Assembly: GCA_964234715.1 (NCBI GenBank)
Contig: OZ174277.1
From: Podarcis melisellensis
Lineage: Eukaryota
Length of the DNA: 64,000 nucleotides
Reading direction: 5' to 3' (one strand)
The position numbers were made by a program, and so were the translations under genes. Shown here piece by piece: positions 1 to 27,442 of the stretch. The notes under the pieces are model-generated. The model worked only from the letters and a program-made list of their open reading frames with translations. It was not told where the DNA came from and did no database searches. Every line of letters starts with the position of its first letter. The stretch's first letter is position 1.

Positions 1-2048
1 CCAAGTCCTCCCCCCACCCCACGCAAACACCTCCGCTGTAATCAGCTTGAAATTGTTCCCAAATTTCATGTAATCAAAGGAACACACTTAAAAAAAAAAG
101 AGGCAAGTTGGAACACATGACAAGGCTCTGTAAACTTAACCTTTAATCCACTTAACTGGGCGGGGGGGGGGGGGGGGGACACACACAGACCGGACCCTCA
201 GCTTTTATGTGAGAAAGCTGGAGGGGGTGGGAAGGACTTTTTGTTTTTGTAGCTTAAGGATTACACTGCAGGTTGGCATTTTGACAATATTAACCTCATT
301 AGAGTCGGAATGTATTGCTGCATTCCTGCACATGATGGGAGGACGGCCACAACTGCAGGCTGCGTCTGAGGAGAGAGGAGGTAGAAAGAAAGAAGGGCTG
401 TTTCTTGGCTGAGGGAGGCAGGGAGATCACGCACTGTTGATAAAATCCCAAAGCAGCTTAGCGAGTCATGTAGGTTTGCCACCCCCCACCCCCATATACA
501 AATAATTCTTGGTTTCTATGTCCCCCTTCCGAGAAATGCTGCTGAAACAATAATAAAGTGGTGTGATTTTCAGTGTACAAATAGTCTATAACACTTTGAA
601 AACGCCACTACGGGCTCATGCGGAAAGTTGTGAAGCATGTGAGGGGATTTGTGGTCATTCTTCACAAAGGGAAGCCCAGCGCTTAGTGCTGCTGAGGAAG
701 AGAATGTGTACCCGGTCCTCAGGGCTGGCTCTACTCATGAGTAAGGTCCCTCAGACTAGACTGGAGCAGCTGAGAAGCAGTAGCTCATTCTTGGGGCCTG
801 TGGATATTTGCATTGAACTGTAGGGTGGGTTTTTTGTGGGGTTTTTAAAATGCCAATAGCATTTTTATTATCGCAATCACAGTGGCTTAGAAGGAGGGCT
901 TAACCCCTTCTTCTCCCTGCTTTGGTCCTGAGGTAAAATTCCTTTCCTGAAGCTGGGGTGAAATCCCCCATAAAGGGGGTCCATGTGAGATTTTTCTCCC
1001 AATGCAAATTCTGACTTCAGACAAAAAAAAATTCCTCACGAGGTGTGAGCCAGCCGCTTCATCCCATCAGCTAATGCCATTTGCATTTTTTAAAACATAC
1101 ACGCTATTTAAGTCTGGTTTAGCCCTTTGCCTTGGCCATATATCAGTGTGGCTTGGCGTATTCCAGTGAACAGCTGGAAGACTGTGAGCCATACTGTTTT
1201 GCCATATAATACATATCAACATCTCCTTTGGTTAACCTCTACACCAGGAATTTGGCTTGGAAAAAAGAAAACTGTCTTCAGCTTGGCTTATGTGTGTCTG
1301 TGTTATTAATTTACGCCACAATTTGATATCCTGCTTTCCTGATCACTACCTTCCCTTGCTTCCACCCGCTTCCCAAATAATATTGATCATCAAATTTTAT
1401 GGAAACATATGAATAAATTTGCTTTTCCATATGGTCATAGAATATCTGTAACCACTACTACTCTCAGCCTGCTGTCGGGGTGACTTTTTATTTTATTTAT
1501 TTATTCAAAACCCTTTTTCCTCGCTCTTCATTGCCAAAGCAATCCTGAATGGCATTATATTTAAACCCAATACATAATATACATTAAGACAAAATGGGCA
1601 GGGGGGAAAACCACATAGCCAGCAGAAAAACACAGCCATCATTAAATAAAAGCCTGGGCAAATAAATAAGGTTTCAGCTGGCGCCAGAACATCACACTAT
1701 TAATTTCTTGGGAGTTTTCTTGGGGGGGAGGGGAGGTTTGTTGATAGAGAACATCAAATGTGTGGTCTCTTCTAGTGAGTTAGGATTGCCTCAAGGCAAG
1801 CGGTACTCCGGCTTTCACCATACACACGCGCCTCTCTTCCCCTTTCCCCTATGCAGAACATGTACTTGTGGGCCCCTTCATGTGTTGGAGGCCATAGGCT
1901 GGGGTGGGAAACCTTTTCTAGTCTAGGGCCACATTTCCTCATGGACAACCTTCCAGGGGCCACATTCCATTAGTGGCCAGGGCCAGAGGGAAAAGTGGGA
2001 GGAGCAATGGATGTTATTTTTACTCTTGTACATTTAACCACACAAAAA

Positions 2049-2051
<3 letters not shown>

Positions 2052-2084
<33 letters not shown>
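2052..2084. repeat. (CA)n microsatellite
   Basis: Directly visible. Confidence 0.95.
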
Positions 2085-2088
<4 letters not shown>

Positions 2089-2279
2089 TTCCATCTTGGG
2101 TCTGGCTTGAGGAGGGGCATGCCCTGGGGAAAGTCTCAAGGGCCAGACAAAGAGGTCTACAGGGCTGCCTTTGACCCCAACCATAAGGCTTCCCAACCCT
2201 GCCATAAGCTCTTGCCTGCAGAAGCTCATGACACAAAACTAGCACTTTTTGGAGAGGGGTGTGTGGTATTTTGTATTTA

Positions 2280-3276
2280 CCGTATTTTTCCCTCTATAAC
2301 ACGCAGATTCTTTCTCCTAAAAAGGAAGGGAAAATGTCTGTGCGTGTTATTGAGCGAATGTGTGGTCCCTGGAGCCAAATGGCACGAGGGGAGGCAAAAA
2401 AAAGCAGGCAAAAATCAAATCGAGAAGGGAAACCTGAAAAGAGGAAGTGGCTGCTTTCCTGCATTCTGCCTCAGGGTCTTACTGCCCACCCCCCTCTGTT
2501 TCCTTGCTGTGTTTGCTCAAACGGAACAAAGAGCAGGGAAAGCCCCTCCCCTCCAGGCAAGGAGAGGGGAAAGCAGAAAACATGCAGGAGGGAGAGAGAG
2601 AGAGAGCTGGCTGGCTTGGGTGGGTAGGTGTGGGAAAACTTTTGCCTTCCATTCCTCCCTCCCTTTATATCCCTCTCCTGCATTCTTAGCCAGCTGCTTC
2701 TCTGCACACCCCTCTCATGTCCCTTTTTTGTTTTTCCTTCGCTCCCCACTTAAAATGTGGTTACAAAGCATAGATCCACATGGATCCTCAGGATCTTTGT
2801 ATTGGGTCACCCCAAATTCACCATCAGATCACATAGCATGTCCATGGCTACAGCCTGCCCCCCAAAAATCACGCACCCACTGTTGCCTGGGGCTGCAATG
2901 GTGCAAAAATGTGGTTACAAAACATGGATCCACATGGATCCTCAGGATCTTTGCATTGGGTCAGCCCAAATTCACCATCAGAGCACATAGCATGTCCATG
3001 GCTACAGCCTGCCCCCCAAAAATCACACACCCACTGTTGCCTGGGGCTGCAATGGTGCAAAAACGTGGTTACAAAGCATGGATCCACAGGGATTCTCAGG
3101 ATTTTTGCATTGGGTCACCCCAAATTCACCATCAGATCACATGTCTGTGGCCACAGCATGAAGCACAAAAATGATACATCCACTGTTTCATTCAGAATGT
3201 TTTTTCCCTTGTTTTCCTCCTCTAAAAACGATGTGCGTGTTATGGTCAGGTGCGTGTTATAGAGCGAAAAATACGG
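2280..3276. mobile_element. Non-autonomous Tc1/mariner (Tc2-like) DNA transposon
   Basis: 26-bp TIRs CCGTATTTTTC(C/G)CTCTATAACACGCA (25/26 match), flanked by TA on both sides. Confidence 0.85.
2752..3143. repeat. Tandem repeat, 154-bp unit, about 2.5 copies, inside the Tc2-like element
   Basis: GTGGTTACAAA recurs at 2757, 2911 and 3065 with near-identical units. Confidence 0.9.
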
Positions 3277-3855
3277 TATATAGAGAGTTTGCCTGACATT
3301 TTAGATCCTTTTTAGAATGTACTCTTCAATTATAGCCTTGTCTTTACTTGCTGTTTTTTAATTTTAAAAAAATCAGAATTATAACTGTGAGCTTAACTAT
3401 ATGTTGACGCCATCTATGTTCTCTAACAGCAGGAGCACGGCACCACTAAACTCAGCTAGCACTATAGTTTAGAGCAGTGATTCCCAAATTTTTCATTCAT
3501 AAAAAGTGTGAATATTAATTCTAGTGTGCTGCTACAGGATATGAAGCGTGCCTTGAGAAATTGCCACTCTGTGCCCCAAACCCTACGCCCCGGGAGTAAA
3601 TAATCCTTATTTCTCTTTGCCACATAGCAGAGGTTGCATTTATTCAGGCAACAGAGGCCTGGATAAAGTAGCTCCTCTAATTTTTGCCCAGTCAACATGA
3701 TTTCCAAGATTTGGTAAGTGGGAAAATTCTTTTAAAAGAAAAAACAGGTTTCAAATTTAAATGATTTAATTGCGTATTTAATTTTATGCCTATATATAAT
3801 TACTAACATTAGAAGTGTGTGTCACGGTGTTGAAAATGTCACAGTTTGTCCCTGA

Positions 3856-18953
<15,098 letters not shown>

Positions 18954-19230
18954 ACACACTGGAGAAGCTTTCGGACCATCTTGCCAAAGGTCACCTACAA
19001 CAAAAGAAAAAGAAAAAAAGGAGTGACTGCTGTTCTGATGGGAAATGGATACTGATTTTACCTCATCGTGTGGGATCCTTTCCTTATTGTTGCCCTCTCT
19101 GGTTTGTCATTGTTGTTTGATCCAGCAGATCTGATCAAACTGCATAGCATTTAAAATGCTATGATTCCAGACTGGATAACTGAGGAACGCTTCAGAATAA
19201 TTCTTCAGGAACAATTTTCTTACTGAAAAG

Positions 19231-22192
19231 AATAAATAAAGACCAGAAGTCAGCAAAAAACTGAACATATTCTCAGGACCAGGAAATATTTGCCTCCTGT
19301 TTTCCAAACCCTGGTCCAATTTTCACCACTTTTTCTTCACACAGCTTCTGTATGTATAATCCTTAGGGATGTTGTTTTCCTAAAATGTGTCTCCATCAAC
19401 TGTCTGCCATGCTCAAGCCTCTACTGCCATTTGGAGCAGAATCTTGTCTTCTGTTAAATGCAGTTTTCCTCTCCCAGACATGCCACTTGTCAAGTAGCAG
19501 TATTGGAAAGAGTCAGATATCATATCTGAAACATATCTGTGACACGTGCCCCTCCAACTGTTTCTTTCAGAAAGAGGGGCAGACCCAGAGGAGAGGCAAA
19601 GTCTCAAAGCACTACCTCAGAATGTAAATTTGCCCAACACGTTTGAATAAAAAAACCTCTTATGCCTTCATCTAGTAAAGGACCATAGCAGCTTTACTAG
19701 ATCAAGGTCAATGCTCTTTGCCCAAACATGTATATTTACTCATATCCATCGGACATATTTATATCACCAATAAATCTTTTGGAGGGTGTAATGTCACTTC
19801 CAGACTATGCCTTTCCTTATTTCTTTTGCAACCATTTCTTGAAAACTGCCAGGTTAGCTCACTATGCATCATTCTTGGGGACAAGTAGCATTGGTACAGT
19901 ATTGCTCACAGGGTGCTGAATCGTGCCACAAACAACAGTGTGAAAAATGGAGGCAAGATGTCACACGATTTGTGGAAATGGCATAGAGGTCATTGATCAT
20001 TAAGTTCTGTAGGGACAGGAACTTCCCAGAACTGTACAGGCATGGTTGAAGTTCCCATGCAGGTCCATGTTCATATGCAGGTCACAGTCAATGAGACAGG
20101 TCAGCTTAAACTTCGGATGGTTTTGTATGAAAGGAAAGAAATAGTTGGCCCATTTGATGGAGTGCTAATAAGTGCTGAGTAATGAAGACCTCCTCAAAGG
20201 GGGGGGGGGTACAATTTTGCGTGGTGTGGAAAAAGTGGAGTGTGAGACGTTCTTCTCCCTGTCTCAGTAACGAGAACCCGGCCCATTCCAATGAAGCCGG
20301 ATGTTGGAAAATTTAGAGAAGACCCAAGGAAGCACACACAGTTGTGTTCAACTAGGGCTGGCCACCAACTTGCATGGCTTTAAAGGGGGATGAGGCAGCT
20401 ACTTGCCATGATGGTAGGTACCTACCTCCACTGTTGGAGGCACTATCCCAGAAACCAGTAGTCAGAGGCAATCACAAGTGGGAAGAGCTCTGCTACACTT
20501 AACCTCATTGCAGGCTTCCCACAGGCATCTGAGAGAACTGACTGCTGGACTAGATGGCAAGGCTTTTCTTTCTTTCTCATGTGTTGAATATTTCTAGGCT
20601 CACTTTTGCGTGCTTCAGGGTAGCATTACATTCTGTCAAATGTTAGAATCAGGGGATGCAATTAAGACAATGTGCATTAACCTAACTGCCTTGTGTTTGG
20701 CAAGAGCCCATTGGATTTTCCAACCCAATTCTGTGGAATGCCTTTTTCTGGACCAGCTGTTGTCAGCAAACAAAACTAAAGGTTAAAAAGAAAGTTTCCA
20801 CAAAATTATAGGGCTAGAAAGATTAGTGAGATCCCAATTTGGTGCTGTTGATCCTTTTGCACAACATTTAACGATCAGGAATAGGGAGGGCAGTGAAGAG
20901 ATGGAAAGGCAGCTGCTATAGCAGTTTCTACTCTCCTGGGCTTCAAGAGGTGTGAAACTCTTCAAGAGGTGTGAAATCAGTTTCAAATCCTGGACACTTC
21001 CCAGTAAGGAGTTCCCTTGCAGGAGCCTGATGGGAATGAATGGAAGCTGCTCTCCTGTAGAGTTTGTGGCCTCTGTCACCACCTTCTGGTTTGACATCTC
21101 CTGACCCCCATGAGCCCCATTAGTCACCCTGTAGGCATTTTTAGACCAGCAATACTTATTGTTGGTACTGTATTGAGAAATTACTGCAGGCTTTATTGCT
21201 TTAAAAAAAGAAGTTAACTTTCTATAGTTCACATATGAAGAATTGGTGCCAATCCCTTAAATTAGTCCATTTGTTCATTGCCCACTGCTTAAGATGTTCA
21301 TAGATTCTCTCTCTACTTTGTATTTCTGTTTGTATCATCATCATATTTATTTGTAGTGAGCAAAAATGGGGGAGGGAACAGCAGACTTTCACATATCTTG
21401 TCTTGGTTCCTTGAAATAGATGAGATGGAAATGAAGGAGTACCCAAATTGTGTTCAAGGTGTGAGGACCAGTTCTCATGGGAAGCCAGCTGACAAATTTA
21501 AGCCCTTTCATATTCCACTGCATCATAGTTGTAACTCCCCTCATTAAGGCCCACTGATTATTTCAAATGGGGAAAGCCCAACATGAAATGATAGAATGGA
21601 AAGTGCCTAAACTGGGCAGGATCACAGATGGGTCCCTTATTACCTTCTGAGGGGATTGTACCCCCCCCCTTTTTTCCCTTCCATCTGCTGAAAAGGTAAC
21701 ATGAGAACCAGGGCTAAGTGTTTCATTCCCCTTGTCTTGAAACCTCTTCAGCCACTATGATGGCTGTGCAGCCTCCTTTTGGTTCATGTAAACTTATGAG
21801 TTCTGATATATATATATGTATTGATTTTAATCTTGAGGTTCTGTTTCATGTTTAGCTTAGCTGTGGTATGCGATTAAAGAAAAGGGCCTTTTAATCTGCT
21901 GAAGATATGGAAACCAGCTGTCAATATTTGTTCAGCTGTAAGTTACTTGTTGCAGCCTCTCTGTTTTTTTTAATGGTCAATGTTCCTCCTTTCCATGAAA
22001 GGAAAACTTTTGTATTCGGGGGGGGGGGGGACTTGCACACAGACGGATCCATCTAACTCCCACTCCTACATATACACACATGTAATAAAAGCTTGCTAGA
22101 AAAGCAGCCTTGAGCGTGTGCTACTTGAGTGTGGAAGAGAAATGTGAAAATGGTCACCTCAGAGAGATGAAATTCAGAGAGAGGGAAATAAA
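19231..22192 (+). terminator. Candidate FRMD1 polyadenylation signals (AATAAA at 19231, 19646, 22084, 22187)
   Basis: AATAAA hexamers downstream of the stop; the site actually used cannot be determined from sequence. Confidence 0.35.
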
Positions 22193-23917
22193 GTATTTGC
22201 CAACTGTATTCTTCCTCATAGCTTTTATGTCACTACTCCTATTGCCAAGATAAGCCACTCTTGATAGGCCCAAAGGCACAGTGTGAATACGTAAAACCAG
22301 TAAACAGCTTTGTAAGTTTTGGGCAGCAATGAGACTTTGCGTTTGAAGACGTAAGTATTTCTGAGGTGTTTTGGAGACTGCAAATTATTCTAGTTAGGGA
22401 AATGCTTTTCAATAGCCAGTGAATGTGTGCTTGCTTCACCAGGGCTGGTGGCACGCTGGATGTAGATTTGGGTAACGGGCCCTCTGATGCTACCTCATTC
22501 CTAATTGTTGAGGCCTTATTTCCTTAATATTCTTAGAGCACTTCCAAGTGGCCATAATTTGAAGGATCAGGTATAGTGTATGAAGTGCTTCCACTCTTAA
22601 AATCAAGACTCAGGAGTTTCTAACTCTGCCAGTCAACAATCACCATTTCCTTTTCCAATATAACCCTTCCCTCAGAATGCTGTTGGCTCTCACATTAGTC
22701 CATTAACTGCTAACTGTATCTCCTCTTAAACAGAAAAGGCTTGTGTAGGGAGCAGCGGGTTGCACTTGTGAACTGGGATAGCACCATGGCAAAGAGACTT
22801 GAGTTATGAACCTGGAAGCCTCGAGTTCAAATGTTGACTCTGTCATGCACTCCCTAGCTGACCTTAAGCAAGTTATTATTTCTCAGTCCCTGTGATAGGG
22901 AAGATTTTTATACTGCCTTCCCTTACCAGGTTGTTGTAAGAAGTACAACTAGAACATGCATGTGAAATGCTTTGAGCCCCTTGGAAGCACTGTGCTGGGG
23001 TGGGGAACCTGTGGTCCTCCAGATATTGTGGGACTATGACTCCCATCATCCCCAAACATCTGGAGGGCCACAAGACCCCTGCCTCTATAAAAAAGATCAG
23101 TATTATTATTACATTGTCGCGTGTGACTAATGCATGTGACAGCTAGGATTTCACTATAGTTTCCTGGAACATATGCAAGTTGCATAGTTAATTTATTCAG
23201 TGCGTCATTTGTCTTCCAAAATATAATTTTCATAACAATTTTGTGGGTTTGGTGTCTGAGTGGCCCAAGGCCGGCAGTGCACTGTAGGGGTTTGAACTGA
23301 ACCTGCTTTCCATTTGCAAGTCCAATAAATTATTACAGTGGTCACCAGCCTTTTAAGGGGTACCTTTGAAAAGCACTTTACCATCTTTGCTATTCTTTGA
23401 CACATCCATTTCCTGCTAGCCTTTGAGCACCTGAGAGGTTAATGAGCCGTTGCACATTTTATTGAAGTTTTTGGCTTCCAACTTTTAACTGGAGATGGTG
23501 GGGATTGAATCAGGGGAACTTCTGCATGCAAGGCATGTGTTCAACCCTCACCCAGAATCCATGAGCAATTTCAGAGCCATTATCACAACTTAAAACCAGT
23601 GAGCCACAGCAGCTGGACAGTGTTTGGCTGATTTCCCCCCCGTCTTTAGACCTTTAATAGGATTGATAGCTGTAACATGGTTTCATTTATTTAATGTACA
23701 TGCTGTACATTTGAAGCATATGGCTTCCTCCAAAGAATCATGGGAGACATAGTTTACCTCCCGCAGAACTACAATTCCCAGCATTATCTGAAGGAATTCC
23801 CACAATCCTGACAGTACACATGGGCACTGCCATGGCCACAGAAGGGACTTCAAGTTGTATCTGAGCGCAACACATTTATACATTAATCGGAATTGTTTCC
23901 AAAGCGAGTTGCATTGC

Positions 23918-24507
23918 CTGGTCTAAATTTGCCAATCAAAAACTTCACTCTTGTGGTTTATCCCCACAACAGCTACTCAGTGTGGGTTATAGTAAAGCAA
24001 ACAGTTTAATTTGAGCGTCAGAACAACCTGGCCTCAATAAGGAAATTTTGCCCGTAGTATGACCATTTTCCATCTTCCCACTTTGATTCTCTGGCATCCT
24101 ACCTGTACAACCTAGAAATTCCAAAATATAGACGTACTTTTACCCTCGCAAGGCTGAATGTATTGCCCTTGGCTGTACTTGAGGGATGATTCCAAAAGAT
24201 TCCACACGAAAAACGCTTATGTCCCTGCGGAGATGGAAGCGATGGATCAGTGGCGCACACCCTTCTGGCGTGCACTCTTTATGAAGACCTGAGGAACGAG
24301 ATTTTCGCTCCTCTTTTATTGTCCATTCCGGGTCACCCACTGCTACAGTGTCTTTTCTCCTGGCAGATCAAGAGGAGCAGATGACAGCAAAGGTTGCAAG
24401 GTTCTTAGATGGGGCAATCAGAATAAGGTTCACTATTTGACTGCTGATTCAGGACCCTAAACTGTGTTTTATATACTCGACTCTTTATTTGGTTCTCTGA
24501 GTCCAAC
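23918..24507 (+). mobile_element. RTE-X-like LINE 3' fragment with 38-bp flanking direct repeat
   Basis: Decayed frame YLYNLEIPKYRRTFTLARLNVLPLAVLEG*FQKIPHEKRLCPCG..VAHTLLACTLYEDLR (C-terminal Cys/His knuckle); duplication at 23880-23917 and 24508-24545. Confidence 0.75.
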
Positions 24508-25429
24508 ACATTAATAGGAATTGTTTCCAAAGCGAGTTGCATTGCAAGGGGTGGTATGCATGGCCCTTTCTTGACAGTAGAGGGCACTGGAGGAGTTATG
24601 TAGCACATCCTATCAGCCAAAAGAATGTGGGATCTGTTCATTAGTCAGTTCTGAGCATCAGCATGACAACAAGTTGTCCAATATTGTTTTTCCAAGGTTA
24701 TTTGTTTGGGGGCTTATTCCTTTATTTCTTATTAGCCATTTCAGGTAGACTAGCAGATGGAATTAAACTTTGGAATTGGGCATAGTTAGAATGTAAGCAT
24801 GGAAAGTGGTGTAGAGCTGTGCAGTTCTGTTCAAGAAACTCACACACAGAGTAATCTGCCATTATAATGTATCCTTCCTAACTGCCACAATGACCTTTTG
24901 GTTGCAGCATCAAGAATACAATCTGTTGTTCTGGCTGGGCTGCAGCTGCACAAGGCAACAAAACGGGAATTGTCTAGATTCCACTATGGGCCTGTCCTGG
25001 ACCCAAAACTTCCTTGGGACACAGCATACCCCTCAGCACACATGCACAGAAGTATTTCCCATTGTGCCACACCTGTGCAGAGACTCTCCTTACCAATGTG
25101 GCATGATAGCACTGGTACAGGGATTCGCTGAACATAAGTAGCAAAGTGAGAGGCAGGTGAGACACACCGGAGGGTGTTGAGGAGCCTCACCCTCATGCTT
25201 TGCATCTCAAATGGGGCTAGCACATGTTTTAGAGGTGTCTGCTAGAACAAATTAGATTTGTGAAAAACAAAAGGGAGCATTTCTTGACAACCAGGTATAT
25301 TTGGTTTATGACACTTGCTGCCATAAGTTGCAGTGATTGTCTCTACAGCTCGGATGGTTTTTAAGTGGGACAAGACAAATTCATGAAGCGTGAGGCTATC
25401 AACAGCTACTAGTTATGATGGCTTGCATA

Positions 25430-25961
25430 GAGGGGTGCCAACCTGAATAAATTATTGGGGGCCCCATATAAGCTCTGTCCCACATTATCAGTCGTATAAT
25501 GCGGTGCAACGGCCTCGGTCCAGTATACCTGAAGGAGCGTCTCCACCTCCATCGTTCTGCCCGGACACTGAGGCCTTCTGGCGGTTCCCTCGCTGCGAGA
25601 AGCCAAGTTACAGGGAACCAGGCAGAGGGCCTTCTCAGTAGTGGTGCCCGCCCTGTGGAACACCCTCCCACCAGATGTTAAAGAGAAAAATAACTACCAA
25701 ACTTTTAGAAGACATCTAAAGGCAGCCCTGTTTAGGGAAGCTTTTAATGTTTAATAGGTTATTGTATTTTAGTGTTTTGTTGGAAGCCACCCAGAGTGGC
25801 TGGGGGGACCCAGCCATATGGGTGGGGTATAAATAATAATAATAATAATAATTTGTTATTATTATTTGAATGGCAATGACCATCAATTTGGGGGGCTGGC
25901 CCCCTCAAATATTTTATTGGGGGGCTGAAGCCACCTCAGCCCCTAGGAGTTGGCTCCTATG
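25430..25961. mobile_element. hAT-like MITE containing a nested L2 fragment
   Basis: 8-bp TSD CTTGCATA at 25422 and 25962; imperfect termini ..GGTGCCAAC / GTTGGCTCCTATG. Confidence 0.6.
25508..25866 (+). mobile_element. L2 LINE 3' fragment
   Basis: Highly similar to 4428-4770; (AAT)n tail. Confidence 0.85.
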
Positions 25962-26314
25962 CTTGCATACCCTCCAACATTCCTGAGATGAAAGTTGAGT
26001 GGCGTGTCTCTTGGTGTCGTGCTGTGGCACGAGTCAATTGGCCACCTCACTTGCCACAGCCCCTACCTGGCAGCTGCTTGCTCCCTTCCCTCCTTACTCA
26101 CTTTTTCCTCTCATTCTGCACCTCAGGCCGCCATGACAGTGGTGGTGGCAGCAGCAGAGAGGGGCCAGCAAGAGCGTCAGTTGCCTCTGCTCCAGCAGCA
26201 AACTGCCTCCCCCCCCCCCAGGGTTCTGCTTTAAGTGGGGATGGGCCCAAGAAGGTGGTGAGAAGAGGCCCATGCTTGCCTTGCCACCACTACACACCTT
26301 GGCCTGCTTCCAAT

Positions 26315-26600
26315 AGCAACAACAAATTATTTATACCCTGCCCATCTGTCTGGGTTTCCCCGGCCACTCTGGGTGGCTCCCAATAAGACATTAAAAACAC
26401 AATAAAAGATCAAACATTAAAAACTTCCCTAAACAGGGCTGCCTTCAGCTGTCTTCTAAAAGTCCAATAGTTGTTTATTTCCTTGACATCTGATGGGAGG
26501 GCGTTCCACAGGGCGGGCGCCACCACCGAGAAGGCCCTCTGCCTGGTTCCCTGCAACCTCACCTCTCGCAGCGAGGGAACCACCAGAAGGCCCCCGGAGC
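26315..26600 (-). mobile_element. L2 LINE 3' fragment
   Basis: RAFSVVAPALWNALP motif on -; same family tail. Confidence 0.85.
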
Positions 26601-27354
26601 CTACTATAACATACCCTTGGGGCAACACTGCAAACACAAGTGTTGGCAAGAGCACTGGCTCACCCTCCTCCCCAAGTTTGACAGTGATGGCTCTGGAGGG
26701 GAAAATGAGACATTCTGGGATCAAATCAGAAGCCAGGGTGTCTTCTGTAATTCCAGTAATGTTCCAGGAAAATCAGGACATTTGAAGGGTCTGGGCTTGT
26801 ACGCAACCTCCAGCATCACTTATCACCAGCCACTGGAGATTATCGCTGGAGATTCAAAACAGGAGACAGCTGCTGCCTTCAAGCCCTGCATGTGGCCTTC
26901 CCCACAGAGGCATTCGGTTGGCCAGTGTGGAAAACAGGATGCTGGATGAGATGGGCCTTTGGTCTGATCCAGCAGGGCCCTTCATAGGCTCTTATGAAGC
27001 TCTGTACCCTCAGCAGATGAATAGCAGCCGGAAATATAGACACAGATCCTTTCTCAATATGGAGAAGCAGTAACAGGGGCAGGGGAGTACATCATCAGCT
27101 GATTTTTGTCTGCTTTTTTCATAATTTAAAGGCATAGAAATTCTGTTCATTTAAAAAAATGGTGAAAACCTAGTCTGAAACATGGTACCATAAGCAGCTC
27201 ATAGGGTCAAACCCTTACTCTTCCCTGTAACATTTCTCCCGAAAAATCAAACTGTGTTGCAGGTTTCTGCTAATTTACTTTAAATAAAGAAAGGTACCAT
27301 GTCAGCTCTGTTAACACCTAAACCAACTTGAAGTGCATGATCTACCTTGAATCC

Positions 27355-27374
27355 TTCTTTCTTTCTTTCTTTCT

Positions 27375-27438
<64 letters not shown>
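27355..27438. repeat. (CTTT)n/(CT)n microsatellite
   Basis: Directly visible. Confidence 0.95.

Positions 27439-27442
<4 letters not shown>

Noticed and set aside
160-178. Long poly-G runs (also about 22018-22030)
   Set aside because: Simple homopolymers whose length is unreliable in assemblies; no further support for function.
2752-3143. Possible CRISPR-like array
   Set aside because: Whole 154-bp units repeat with no unique spacers; the context is eukaryotic and has no cas genes.
2107-3174. 355-aa ORF, the longest in the track
   Set aside because: It runs across a non-autonomous transposon and its tandem array, has no recognisable domain, and starts at a non-ATG codon.
24140-24340. 66-aa minus-strand ORF as a small gene
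   Set aside because: It is antisense to a decayed LINE ORF2 fragment.
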